Source: Nemertoderma westbladi (taxonomy: Eukaryota > Animalia > Xenacoelomorpha). From it: a stretch of 51,238 nucleotides of DNA. Location: contig JAUCBJ010002312.1 of assembly GCA_032718475.1 (NCBI GenBank), positions 1 to 51,238 of the forward strand. The letters are read 5' to 3'. The position numbers and the translations under genes are program-made. Shown here piece by piece: positions 39,801 to 47,314 of this stretch. Position 1 is the first letter of the stretch; every line of letters begins with the position of its first letter. The notes under the pieces are model-generated. The model was not told the origin of the DNA and ran no database searches. It saw nothing but the letters and a program-made list of their open reading frames with translations.

Positions 39801-42800
39801 CTCTCCACCAGCCAACACCAATACATGGCCCTCTCCACCAGCCAACACCAATGCATGGCCCTCTCCACCAGCCAACACCAATGCATGGCCCTCTCCACAA
39901 GCCAACACCAATACATGGCCCTCTCGCGTCCACTAGCTAACACCAATGCATTGGCCTCTCGTGTCCTCTCGCGAACACCAAGGCATGGCCCTCTCCACCA
40001 GCCAACACCAATGCATGTGCCTCTCTACCAGCCAACACCAATGCATGGACCTCTCCACCAGCCAACACCAATGCATGGCCCTCTCCACCAGCAAACACCA
40101 ATGCATGGGCCTCTCCACCAGTCAACACCAATGCATGGCCCTCTCGCGTCCTCTCGCCAACACCAATGCATGGCCCTCTCGCGTCCACCAGCCAACACCA
40201 ATGCATGACCCTCTCGCGTCCTCTCGCCAACACCAATGGATGGCCCTCTCGCGTCCACCAGCCAACACCAATGCATGGCCCTCTCGCGTCCTCTCGCCAA
40301 CACCAATACACTGGCCTCTCGCGTCCTCTGGCGAACACCAAGGCATGGCCCTCTCCACCAGCCAACACCAATGCATGTGCCTCTCTACCAGCCAACACCA
40401 ATGCATGGACCTCTCCACCAGCCAACACCAATGCATGGCCCTCTCCACCAGCCAACACCAATGCATGGGCCTCTCCACCAGCCAACACCAATGCATGGCC
40501 CTCTCCACCAGCCAACACCAATGCATTTCCCTCTCCACCAGCCAACACCAATGCATGGCCCTCTCCACCAGCCAACACCAATGCATGACCCTCTCGCGTC
40601 CTCTCGCCAACACCAATGCATGGCCCTCTCGCGTCCACCAGCCAACACCAATGCATGACCCTCTCGCGTCCTCTCGCCAACACCAATGCATGGCCCTCTC
40701 GTGTCCACCAGCCAACACCAATGCATGGCCCTCTCGCGTCCACCAGCCAACACCAATGCATTGGCCTCTCGCGTCCTCTGGCGAACACCAAGGCATGGCC
40801 CTCTCCACCAGCCAACACCAATGCATGTGCCTCTCTACCAGCCAACACCAATGCATGGACCTCTCCACCAGCCAACACCAATGCATGGCCCTCTCCACCA
40901 GCCAACACCAATGCATGGGCCTCTCCACCAGTCAAAACCAATGCATGGCCCTCTCCACCAGCCAACACCAATGCATGGCCCTCTCCACCAGCCAACACCA
41001 ATGCATGGCCCTCTCCACCAGCCAACACCAATGCATGACCCTCTCGCGTCCTCTCGCCAACACCAATGCATGGCCCTCTCGCGTCCACCAGCCAACACCA
41101 ATGCATGGCCCTCTCGCGTCCTCTCGCCAACACCAATGCATGGGCCTCTCGCGTCCACCAGCCAACACCAATGCATGGCCCTCTCGCGTCCACCAGCCAA
41201 CACCAATGCATGGCCCTCTCGCGTCCTCTCGCCAACACCAATGCATGGGCCTCTCGCGTCCTCTCGCCAACACCAATGCATGGCCCTCTCGCGTCCACCA
41301 GCCAACACCAATGCATGGCCCTCTCGCGTCCACCAGCCAACACCAATGCATGGCCCTCTCGCGTCCACCAGCCAACACCAATGCATGGCCCTCTTGCGAC
41401 CACCAGCCAACACCAATGCATGGCCCTCTCGCGTCCACCAGCCAACACCAATGCATGGCCCTCTTGCGACCACCAGTGAATCGCCAAGTGGTGACGATTA
41501 GTGTTTGGGGTTCGAGGAAGGTTTGGGATCCACTTAATAATCTTTGAATAATTTACAATATAATTAATTATACTTAATTGTTTTCATTTAATATTAACTA
41601 GTTATAAATACATAGTATGAATAGTATTTGGTATCTTCTAATGGTTCTGTATACGGTGATAACAATTAAATGTTATGACGACGTATATTTGGTAGAAGTG
41701 ACTGAGACTGAAGAAAGATTAAAATTAATTTTAGAAGATGTTATTGGGAAATGGGAGTTTCAGAGTAAAGACCAGAGCGCAAACCGCGCCTCCTATTTAG
41801 CTGTAAAGGCTTTTCTACAGGATGTAGATCGGCACTATATGTTTTCGGAAGGACGCGTCGATAAAACCGCAAATCATCCGATTCTAACATTCAAACTATT
41901 AGCGAGAATGACCTACGATTGGAACCTGGTGATACCGGGTCACCTTCCCGATATCTTGAGAAGGAAATATAAAGAGGCGATATGTGGAGAAAAGTTCGTC
42001 ACGGAATGGGAAGTGGATGAAGCTGCTGAGAGTTTGTATCGTTTGTTCGATGTTTACCAACTCAATCTAACTGACCTTATAGACGGTAAACTCCCAGGTG
42101 TTCCCCAAACATTCTCCCTCACCGCTCGTGACGTTTTCGCCCTCGGAATAGTTCCGTATCGCGCCCGCAACTTCGCTCACGCTGAAATGTTTCTCGTATC
42201 GGCGGTGGAACTTAGTAGAAATGAAAAAGGAGATAAGTTGATAAATTCGGTTACTTTTAGGAATCAGCATATTTACCCAGCATTGCTTCATTCTGTATAC
42301 AGTCAAGGCGATATGAGTCGAATGCTGCAAGTTAGCAGAGAGATTCTCGCAAGTGGTGGAAATACGAGCAACGATGACGCGGCGGGGATACAAAAGGAAT
42401 GTTTAAGACTTTTAAGTGGCGGCAGAATCGGAACAATGTTAAACCACTCGCTAGTTCCGCACCGCGACGACCCTTATCCAGACACTTTTAATAGGATGCA
42501 GAAACTCTGCCAGTTTGGTTCGATGCAGCCTGTCTATGTACGTCGTTATTTGAGTTGTTATTATAAGACAAACGGAAAACCTAGGTTGATGCTAAAGCCG
42601 GCAAAAATTGAGGTTTTAAAACGCAACCCCCAAATTATTATAATACATGATATTATCAGCGATTCTCAAATAAACAATCTCCTTGAATACGGAATTCCTG
42701 AATTAAAAAAAGCAGATGTTATTGTTGAGAAAAGCAACGTTAATGTTAACACACGAATCAGAACCGGAAAGGTTGGTTGGATTGTTAACAATGAAAATAG

Positions 42801-45800
42801 CGAGCGGTTATTAAAGGAAGTTGACAATCTCATCGGCGATCTTACAGGATACGATATGTTCTACTCCGAATCGTATCAGTTCGTTAGTTACGGTCCTGGA
42901 GGTCATTACTCCACGCATCATGACGCTTTCGTTGGCGACGCCGTTAAAATACATGCCAATGAGAGAATTGGTAACAGAATAGCTACGTTCCTCTGCTACT
43001 TAAACAATGTTGAGGTTGGGGGTAGTACGGTATTTCCCTATATCGATATAGCTGTACGACCACAGAAAGGTTCCGCTGTGTTCTGGCCTAATATGAAGGG
43101 GAACGGAATTGAGTTGGACAAGCGGACAGTCCATGCCGGGTGTCCGGTGGTGTGGGGGAGAAAAGTTCTGATGAATAAATGGATAAGAAGTTGGGGACAA
43201 GCTTTAAGAACTCCATGTACATTGAATGACAATGGATAATTTAAATGAGGCCTCTGCCAAACTCTTTATTTATTGGTGTTTATTGCTGTAATATTTATAT
43301 TTACTGTTAATTGATATTTATAATTATATATCTTGATAAGGCCTTGTTTGTTATGCCCCCTTAAACAATATCATAACTATACTTTTACAATATTAATTAT
43401 GACATTAATTAAGGCCTGGAATTGCGCTCAAAGTTCGACTACTGCGTACATACAGAACTATACTCCCCCACTCCCCCCCCCCCCCCAGATATAAACTGGT
43501 ACCGGTACTCCTTTAACGACAATTAAAAGATGCAATACACTCTAACTTCACATAAACTTTTACCTTTATCCACATCTGCTCGTCCTCCTCGTAGAAGTAC
43601 ATAACATTTCGCTTCTCCTCCACCATGTAGGTAGTTAGAGTTCCTCTGGTTGGATGTTCGAAGGTCCCTTCTCTGTCATCCTCCCCGGTTCCCAGCTGTA
43701 ATCCCGCAGACACGTCGATGTCATCCGTGGTAGCGGCATGGTCTTCCAGTGCTTGGTTACCGCTATCTCTATAGTAACGAAGCACAACAAAATATCAATA
43801 AAACACCTAGAAGAACATAAAGCAGGTTTAACAACACGACAACCTAAGATGCATGTGATACTAATGAGCCCTGTATGAACCACTAGTAAAACCAATCCCC
43901 CTACGGTGCTGTGACAGCAATAAAAGTGGAGGTCACCTATTACATATTCGCGATTCGCCTGCTTTTTCAGGACACCGCCCTAGAGAGTGTTAATTAACTG
44001 ACAGCTAGTATGTTTGCGGAGCTAAATGTGTGGAATTGTTCCCACCAGTAACATCATTGTCAGGCGGCGACATAATATGGCAATCTATAAGGCTGAATAT
44101 ATGAGGAGCCGTTAAAATTACTAGAATCACTATTTCCTGATTGATCTTAAACTGGGTACCTAGCAACGCCATCAACTGGTTTCAAAATGTCATATTGCTG
44201 ATATGGCGACAAGAAATAGTGATTCTAGTAATTTTAATGACTATTTTAAGGGCCTTAAAAATACTAGAGTCACTATTTCAGTACCCCTTAAAACAACTAT
44301 AACTACAACTATAAACACTATTATTAAATTTAAAGGAGTTATCAGGATGCCGTAAACCCTACAGTATTATTCAAACACCGGTCAGCCGGTACTTTACATT
44401 TGTATAGAGCTAACGCTCAGATTTGAATTCGCATTTTCCGGTATTTCGTAATCGCCACTAATTGAATGCCACCCCAAATTAGATGATTTAACACCAAAAT
44501 AAATTATTTTCCACCAAATATATTTTTTTGTAGCACCAATTCACATCCCCAAATATTGAATATCCCTCTCACCAAAAACAATTATTCATCCACCAAAAAC
44601 AATTATTGATTCCCCAAAAACAATTATTCTTCCCCCAAAAACAATTATTCTACCCCCAAAAACAATTATTCTACCCCCAAAAACAATTATTGATTCAAGT
44701 GCAAGGCCTATTGCTGCAGCAGTATAGTATTTATTTTGGGGGATTATGTAATTTATTTTGGGCAAAAATGTATTTGTTTTGGGGGAAAATGTATTTGTTT
44801 TGGGAAAATTTGTAATTATTTTGGGGGTTTTGTCATTTATTTTGGTGCTAATAATTTGTTTTGGGGAGCATTTATTTATTTTGGTATTGAATAATTTGTT
44901 TTGGTGTTGAATCATTTTTTTGGTTTTGAAAATTTTATTTTGGTGTTTGAATAATTTTATTTGGTGTGACTTTATTTTATTTGGTGTTGAATAATTTTTT
45001 TTGGTGAAATTTTCATCAATTTTGGGATGACTTTAATTGGTAGCCTTTCGTAATTAAGATCTAATTACACTCCTCATCTCATTTCGCTGCGAATTTTTAT
45101 TGCTTTTATGGCCCGATGCAGTATTGTGCTATGTGCTAAGTTGAAAAGCATGTATATGTAGGCCCTGTACTACACAGTACAGTAGTATCTCTGTAACTAG
45201 TCCATTTTGTACTGTAGAGTACTGGGGTGGGTTGCTGGACGCGCTATTAGTGGAAAAAAAATTAGTGGTAAAAAATAAAGTCCCTACAGCTACAAGTAGT
45301 CCACTCAATCGAGGAAAAAAAGGGGGGGTTGTCTTACTAAAAGCGCTTTTAGCAGACTAAAGGCGCCTTTAGGTTAAAAGGGTGTCAAGCAACCTTATTA
45401 TGCTAATAGCGTTTTAAAAGTGCTTTTAACTAATAGGGGTTAAGTAGGGCGTCCAGCAACCCACCCCTACAGGAGTTACTGCAGTTAATACAGTTAACAA
45501 ACAACGTGTTTCAAAATGGCGGAGTGTTTGGCGTCAAAATATATAATATTAACATGGAATCATGTATTAGTTGCGGTAGGCATTATAAAAATAAAAGATC
45601 ATTGAATACTCATAATAGTAAATACCATATTCAGGTAATGTAAAGGACAAAGGTGCATACCCATACGTCTAAATGGAGGAGAAAATGTAGAGGTCCACTT
45701 AAATGACTGTACCTAATAATTAATTAAAAACCATGGGGCCATAGGTTATTCAAAATCAATGAAGTGGTTCAAAAGTTATTGAAGCTTAGAAGAGGTGATA

Positions 45801-47176
45801 TTTAGCGCCTCCTAGAGGCGGACCATTTAAATGCACGACGCCAAAATTCTGAAAACTTTCTAAACATTTCATATTCTACTTGTGTACCACGGTTGGTATA
45901 ATTTCATCACAAAGATTCGCTGAGTTTAGTGTATTAGCATTCAAAGATTAGACGGACCGACCGACCAACCGCCTGACAGACTGACAGATAGACGTGAGGT
46001 TGAGAAGGGTACCCGTATTCTAAGCTCGCTAATTTTCGTGGCTTGCCCCACAGTGTTAGTCAATTTAACTGGTGCTTGTCAGTTCTGTCACTGGCCCTGT
46101 GTTACCGGATAGTGCCTTTGGTTGTTTTAAGGGCTTCCAAAATAGTGATTCTAGTATCTTTAAGGCCCTTAAAATAGTTCTTAAAATTACTAGAATCACT
46201 ATTTCCTGTCGCCATATCAGCAATATGGCATTTTTAAACCAGCTGATGGCGTTGCCAGGTACCCAGTTTAAAACCAATCAGGAAATAATGATTCTAGTAA
46301 TTTTAACGGCTCCTGAATATATGTACAGTTATAACTTATGGGTGAGTACTGGTAGTTAACAGCTTGTACTAGTAACCTTGAAATGCATCCCTTTGAGTAC
46401 CACTGGGGAGGGAACGGCCTCCATTCACGATCGTCCCAGGAATTCAAATAGTATCGCTGACCGTTTTGGAAGCAACAAACGAATGTGTCGCCATTGTCTC
46501 CATAGTAGGTCTCAAAGACAATCTGCAACAAAATAGCATTAAAAATATAACGATCACGAATTTTGATAAAAAAAAGTAAAACTAAATTAAGTGCAATTTT
46601 CTTCGGCCCTTTAGGCCAGGGATGACGCACAAAGTCGTAAGACTTATTTCAGTGCGGTCCCCACAGAACTATGCTCCCCAGAGGAAGAGATGCGCCCTGG
46701 CTAGTCCCTTCAAAGCATTTGTGCCCAAGCGAAAACGAATGTGAAGTCAATGCAACCACTACACCATATATGGTAGCACCTTGATTTTCCTACCTTGCAA
46801 CGTTAATGTAAAAATATGCGGGTTATTATTATGTAGATACACATACATACATGTAGACATATTTATTTATACATTATGTAAGATACCCTTATTATCAATT
46901 AAAAATGTACGTGTTATCAGGTACAGGTATCATATGACATTCACGTTCTATGTATTAAGTAAGCTAAAGCGAGCTAAACAAAGGACTAAAGGAAGTGAGC
47001 TAAACTTATGCATGTTGGTCTAACAACCGGCAGTAACAATCTAACCTCTTCAGCCGGTATATGGGAATCCATAGCCGCTTGTTCGGTTGCGTTGGCAGCC
47101 ACTGGGCCACCCCAAATGGATGAACGACGGGGTGCAGCGCCGGTACTCGTACGGGACTGGCGTTCGGGCGATCCAC
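24621..47176 (-). CDS. KIFC3: Kinesin-14 family (C-terminal motor, KIFC3-like) gene, partial; 11 exons in the window
   Basis: Exons 47046-47176, 46377-46522, 43564-43768, 38740-38899, 38025-38215, 35321-35441, 31482-31612, 25431-25627, 25244-25316, 24927-25110 and 24621-24814 all have GT-AG borders and matching phases. The protein has a coiled coil, the kinesin-14 neck (RTILYNQLQEIRGNIRVFCRCRP), the P-loop GQTGSGKT and EVYNETIHDLL. The family call is firm; exact KIFC3 orthology is not established. Confidence 0.9.
24927..25110 (-). CDS. Kinesin exon with P-loop (FQFDKTY...[21 protein letters not shown])
   Basis: ttttag acceptor, gttgga donor, 184 bp, phases 0/1. Confidence 0.96.
25244..25316 (-). 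CDS. Kinesin exon (CRPDKTENCLKFPNNEDIVTTNPQ)
   Basis: acag acceptor, gtaagg donor, 73 bp, phases 2/0. Confidence 0.9.
25431..25627 (-). CDS. Kinesin exon: end of coiled coil and neck (VTNELGG...RGNIRVFCR)
   Basis: tctcag acceptor, gtaaat donor, 197 bp, phases 0/2. Confidence 0.94.
26078..27177. repeat. 54-bp minisatellite, ~20 copies
   Basis: Unit CAGCACTTTTAGACAGAGTGATTGAGAATGTTGTAGCCTAACTCCACCCAGGAG. Confidence 0.95.
27630..29552. mobile_element. Old, diverged element with long inverted ends and internal tandem repeats
   Basis: Colinear inverted similarity blocks, e.g. TCCTTTTATTTGACCTTTTTTGTCCGCC (~27830-27856) vs GGCGGACATAAAAAGTCAAAAAAAGGA (29341-29367), and 27631-27690 vs 29485-29552; ends and TSD not resolved. 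Confidence 0.45.
28240..28687. repeat. ~68-bp tandem repeat, ~6.5 diverged copies
   Basis: TAACCAAAACAATAAAC recurs at about 68-bp spacing (28298-28640). Confidence 0.9.
29785..29850 (+). mobile_element. Degenerate tRNA-related SINE head (Pol III A/B boxes)
   Basis: A-box-like TAGAGGAGTGG (29792) and B-box GGTTCGATTC (29836) at tRNA-like spacing; no complete cloverleaf. Confidence 0.4.
29965..30152. mobile_element. Short MITE (~190 bp)
   Basis: ~24-bp imperfect TIR GGCCCGTTTCCGCGCTGCTTTTTT / AAAAAAGCAGAGCGGAAACGGACC, flanked by TA on both sides. Confidence 0.75.
30161..30715. repeat. 30-bp minisatellite, ~18 copies
   Basis: Unit AAATAATGTCGCACTGCGATATAAAGTTGG. Confidence 0.96.
31482..31612 (-). 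CDS. Kinesin exon (KAVVVPVAIPEGPVFDNKAKELVKAIDANVKIVDKQHLQLKEQ)
   Basis: aatag acceptor, gttcgt donor, 131 bp, phases 1/0; joins in frame to both neighbours. Confidence 0.85.
31677..33702. repeat. 57-bp minisatellite, ~36 copies
   Basis: Unit TAATTAGGTTGAGAGGTCGTTCTATTAGATACATGCTCATTAGGTCATTAGGTCTGG; occasional 8-bp deletion variants. Confidence 0.97.
34589..35182. mobile_element. Palindromic (foldback-like) MITE, ~590 bp
   Basis: ~235-bp near-perfect inverted arms starting ACAACTAGTTCAACTCACCGTGGTTG and ending CAACCACGGTGAGTTGAACTAGTTGT; AT-rich spacer; TSD unclear. Confidence 0.85.
35321..35441 (-). CDS. Kinesin exon (LKESNNKLSS...REKSLMNIK), coiled coil
   Basis: tttacag acceptor, gtaaat donor, 121 bp, phases 0/1. 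Confidence 0.87.
35630..36108. repeat. 87-bp minisatellite, ~5.5 copies, abutting the broken 3' end of the LINE fragment
   Basis: GGAAAGTCGACCGGTGGTAGACCTGTTAGA... recurs every 87 bp. Confidence 0.95.
36105..37004 (-). pseudogene. Apurinic-like (APE) endonuclease ORF of an RTE-like non-LTR retrotransposon, cut off before the reverse transcriptase
   Basis: Motifs VQEHR, GGIG, CYSPT, LGDFNA, QIDHIL and SDY (canonical SDH altered); the ORF ends at the 87-bp array. Confidence 0.88.
36105..37765 (-). mobile_element. 5' part of an RTE-like LINE (GC-richer putative 5' UTR plus endonuclease)
   Basis: GC-richer ~750-bp segment upstream of the EN ORF, starting near (CAGGT)3 at ~37749-37764; no RT domain. 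Confidence 0.7.
38025..38215 (-). CDS. Kinesin exon (FDDVLLMEN...KITELEQKITQLERQNRE...LKTE), coiled coil
   Basis: ttctcag acceptor, gtaatt donor, 191 bp, phases 1/0. Confidence 0.9.
38740..38899 (-). CDS. Kinesin exon (VPAAWEMES...DIVAALRQSSYDPDDAITSIMAI), UBA/CUE-like segment
   Basis: ttctag acceptor, gtatgt donor, 160 bp, phases 0/1. Confidence 0.88.
38913..39275. repeat. 25-bp minisatellite, ~14 copies, ~13 bp from a kinesin acceptor
   Basis: Unit TACTAACTCCCTACATAAAATAAAT. Confidence 0.95.
39474..41477. repeat. GC-rich 30/35-bp minisatellite, ~60 copies
   Basis: Unit CTCTCCACCAGCCAACACCAATGCATGGCC plus 35-bp variants containing GCGTC. Confidence 0.96.
41617..43239 (+). CDS. P4HA: Prolyl 4-hydroxylase alpha subunit (collagen P4H type), intronless, nested antisense in a kinesin intron
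   Basis: 540-aa uninterrupted ORF with N-terminal hydrophobic signal, P4HA N-domain-like motifs (HPILTFKLLARM, AAESLYRLFDVYQL) and a 2OG-Fe(II) domain: YGPGGHYSTHHD, GNRIATFLCYLNNVEVGGSTVFP, HAGCPVVWGRK, NKWI. Confidence 0.95.
   Translation: MNSIWYLLMVLYTVITIKCYDDVYLVEVTETEERLKLILEDVIGKWEFQSKDQSANRASYLAVKAFLQDVDRHYMFSEGRVDKTANHPILTFKLLARMTYDWNLVIPGHLPDILRRKYKEAICGEKFVTEWEVDEAAESLYRLFDVYQLNLTDLIDGKLPGVPQTFSLTARDVFALGIVPYRARNFAHAEMFLVSAVELSRNEKGDKLINSVTFRNQHIYPALLHSVYSQGDMSRMLQVSREILASGGNTSNDDAAGIQKECLRLLSGGRIGTMLNHSLVPHRDDPYPDTFNRMQKLCQFGSMQPVYVRRYLSCYYKTNGKPRLMLKPAKIEVLKRNPQIIIIHDIISDSQINNLLEYGIPELKKADVIVEKSNVNVNTRIRTGKVGWIVNNENSERLLKEVDNLIGDLTGYDMFYSESYQFVSYGPGGHYSTHHDAFVGDAVKIHANERIGNRIATFLCYLNNVEVGGSTVFPYIDIAVRPQKGSAVFWPNMKGNGIELDKRTVHAGCPVVWGRKVLMNKWIRSWGQALRTPCTLNDNG
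43564..43768 (-). CDS. Kinesin exon (DSGNQALEDH...VMYFYEEDEQMWIK)
   Basis: ctatag acceptor, gtaaaa donor, 205 bp, phases 2/0. Confidence 0.85.
44453..45045. mobile_element. Nested foldback/Mutator-like MITE
   Basis: Diverged inverted arms made of CCCCAAAA-rich and TTTTGGGG-rich ~21-bp subrepeats; 9-bp direct repeat TTTCGTAAT at 44444-44452 and 45046-45054. Confidence 0.7.
45224..45467. mobile_element. Nested short MITE (244 bp)
   Basis: Perfect 19-bp TIR GGGGTGGGTTGCTGGACGC / GCGTCCAGCAACCCACCCC; TSD unclear. Confidence 0.8.
45640..46060 (+). mobile_element. Possible Helentron-associated (HINE/DINE-1-like) element remnant
   Basis: (GACG/GACC/GACA)n microsatellite at 45950-45995 followed by a short imperfect stem-loop; boundaries uncertain. 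Confidence 0.35.
46377..46522 (-). CDS. Kinesin exon (IVFETYYGDNG...QRYYLNSWDDREWRPFPPQWYSKGCIS)
   Basis: ttgcag acceptor, gttact donor, 146 bp, phases 0/2. Confidence 0.85.
47046..47176 (-). CDS. Kinesin exon (GSPERQSRTS...DSHIPAEE)
   Basis: tgttag acceptor, gttaga donor, 131 bp, phases 1/0. Confidence 0.8.
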
Positions 47177-47314
47177 CTAACAATATAAACAAAACAATAA
47201 TGGTTACCTTGGAACATCGCATAACATATTCAGAAATCTAAATTAACTTACACTTTAATCAGATCAAGGTTGCAAATGATGCGCTAGCGAGTGGCATAGC
47301 CGCCTTGTCGAAAA

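Larger units (their letters stand above)
44104..46314. mobile_element. Non-autonomous Mutator-like (MULE) element, 2.2 kb, with nested insertions
   Basis: ~195-bp TIRs (AGGAGCCGTTAAAATTACTAGAATCA... at 44104, inverse ending 46314); 9-bp TSD GAATATATG at 44095-44103 and 46315-46323. Confidence 0.85.

Noticed and set aside
39384-41547. His/Pro-rich or Trp/Cys-rich ORFs up to 533 aa
   Set aside because: Several overlapping frames on both strands are open because of the minisatellite; not contiguous with the P4H ORF
45800-45822. CTCF-like motif (TAGCGCCTCCTAGAGGCGG)
   Set aside because: A single imperfect match inside transposon-derived sequence; not supportable without ChIP data
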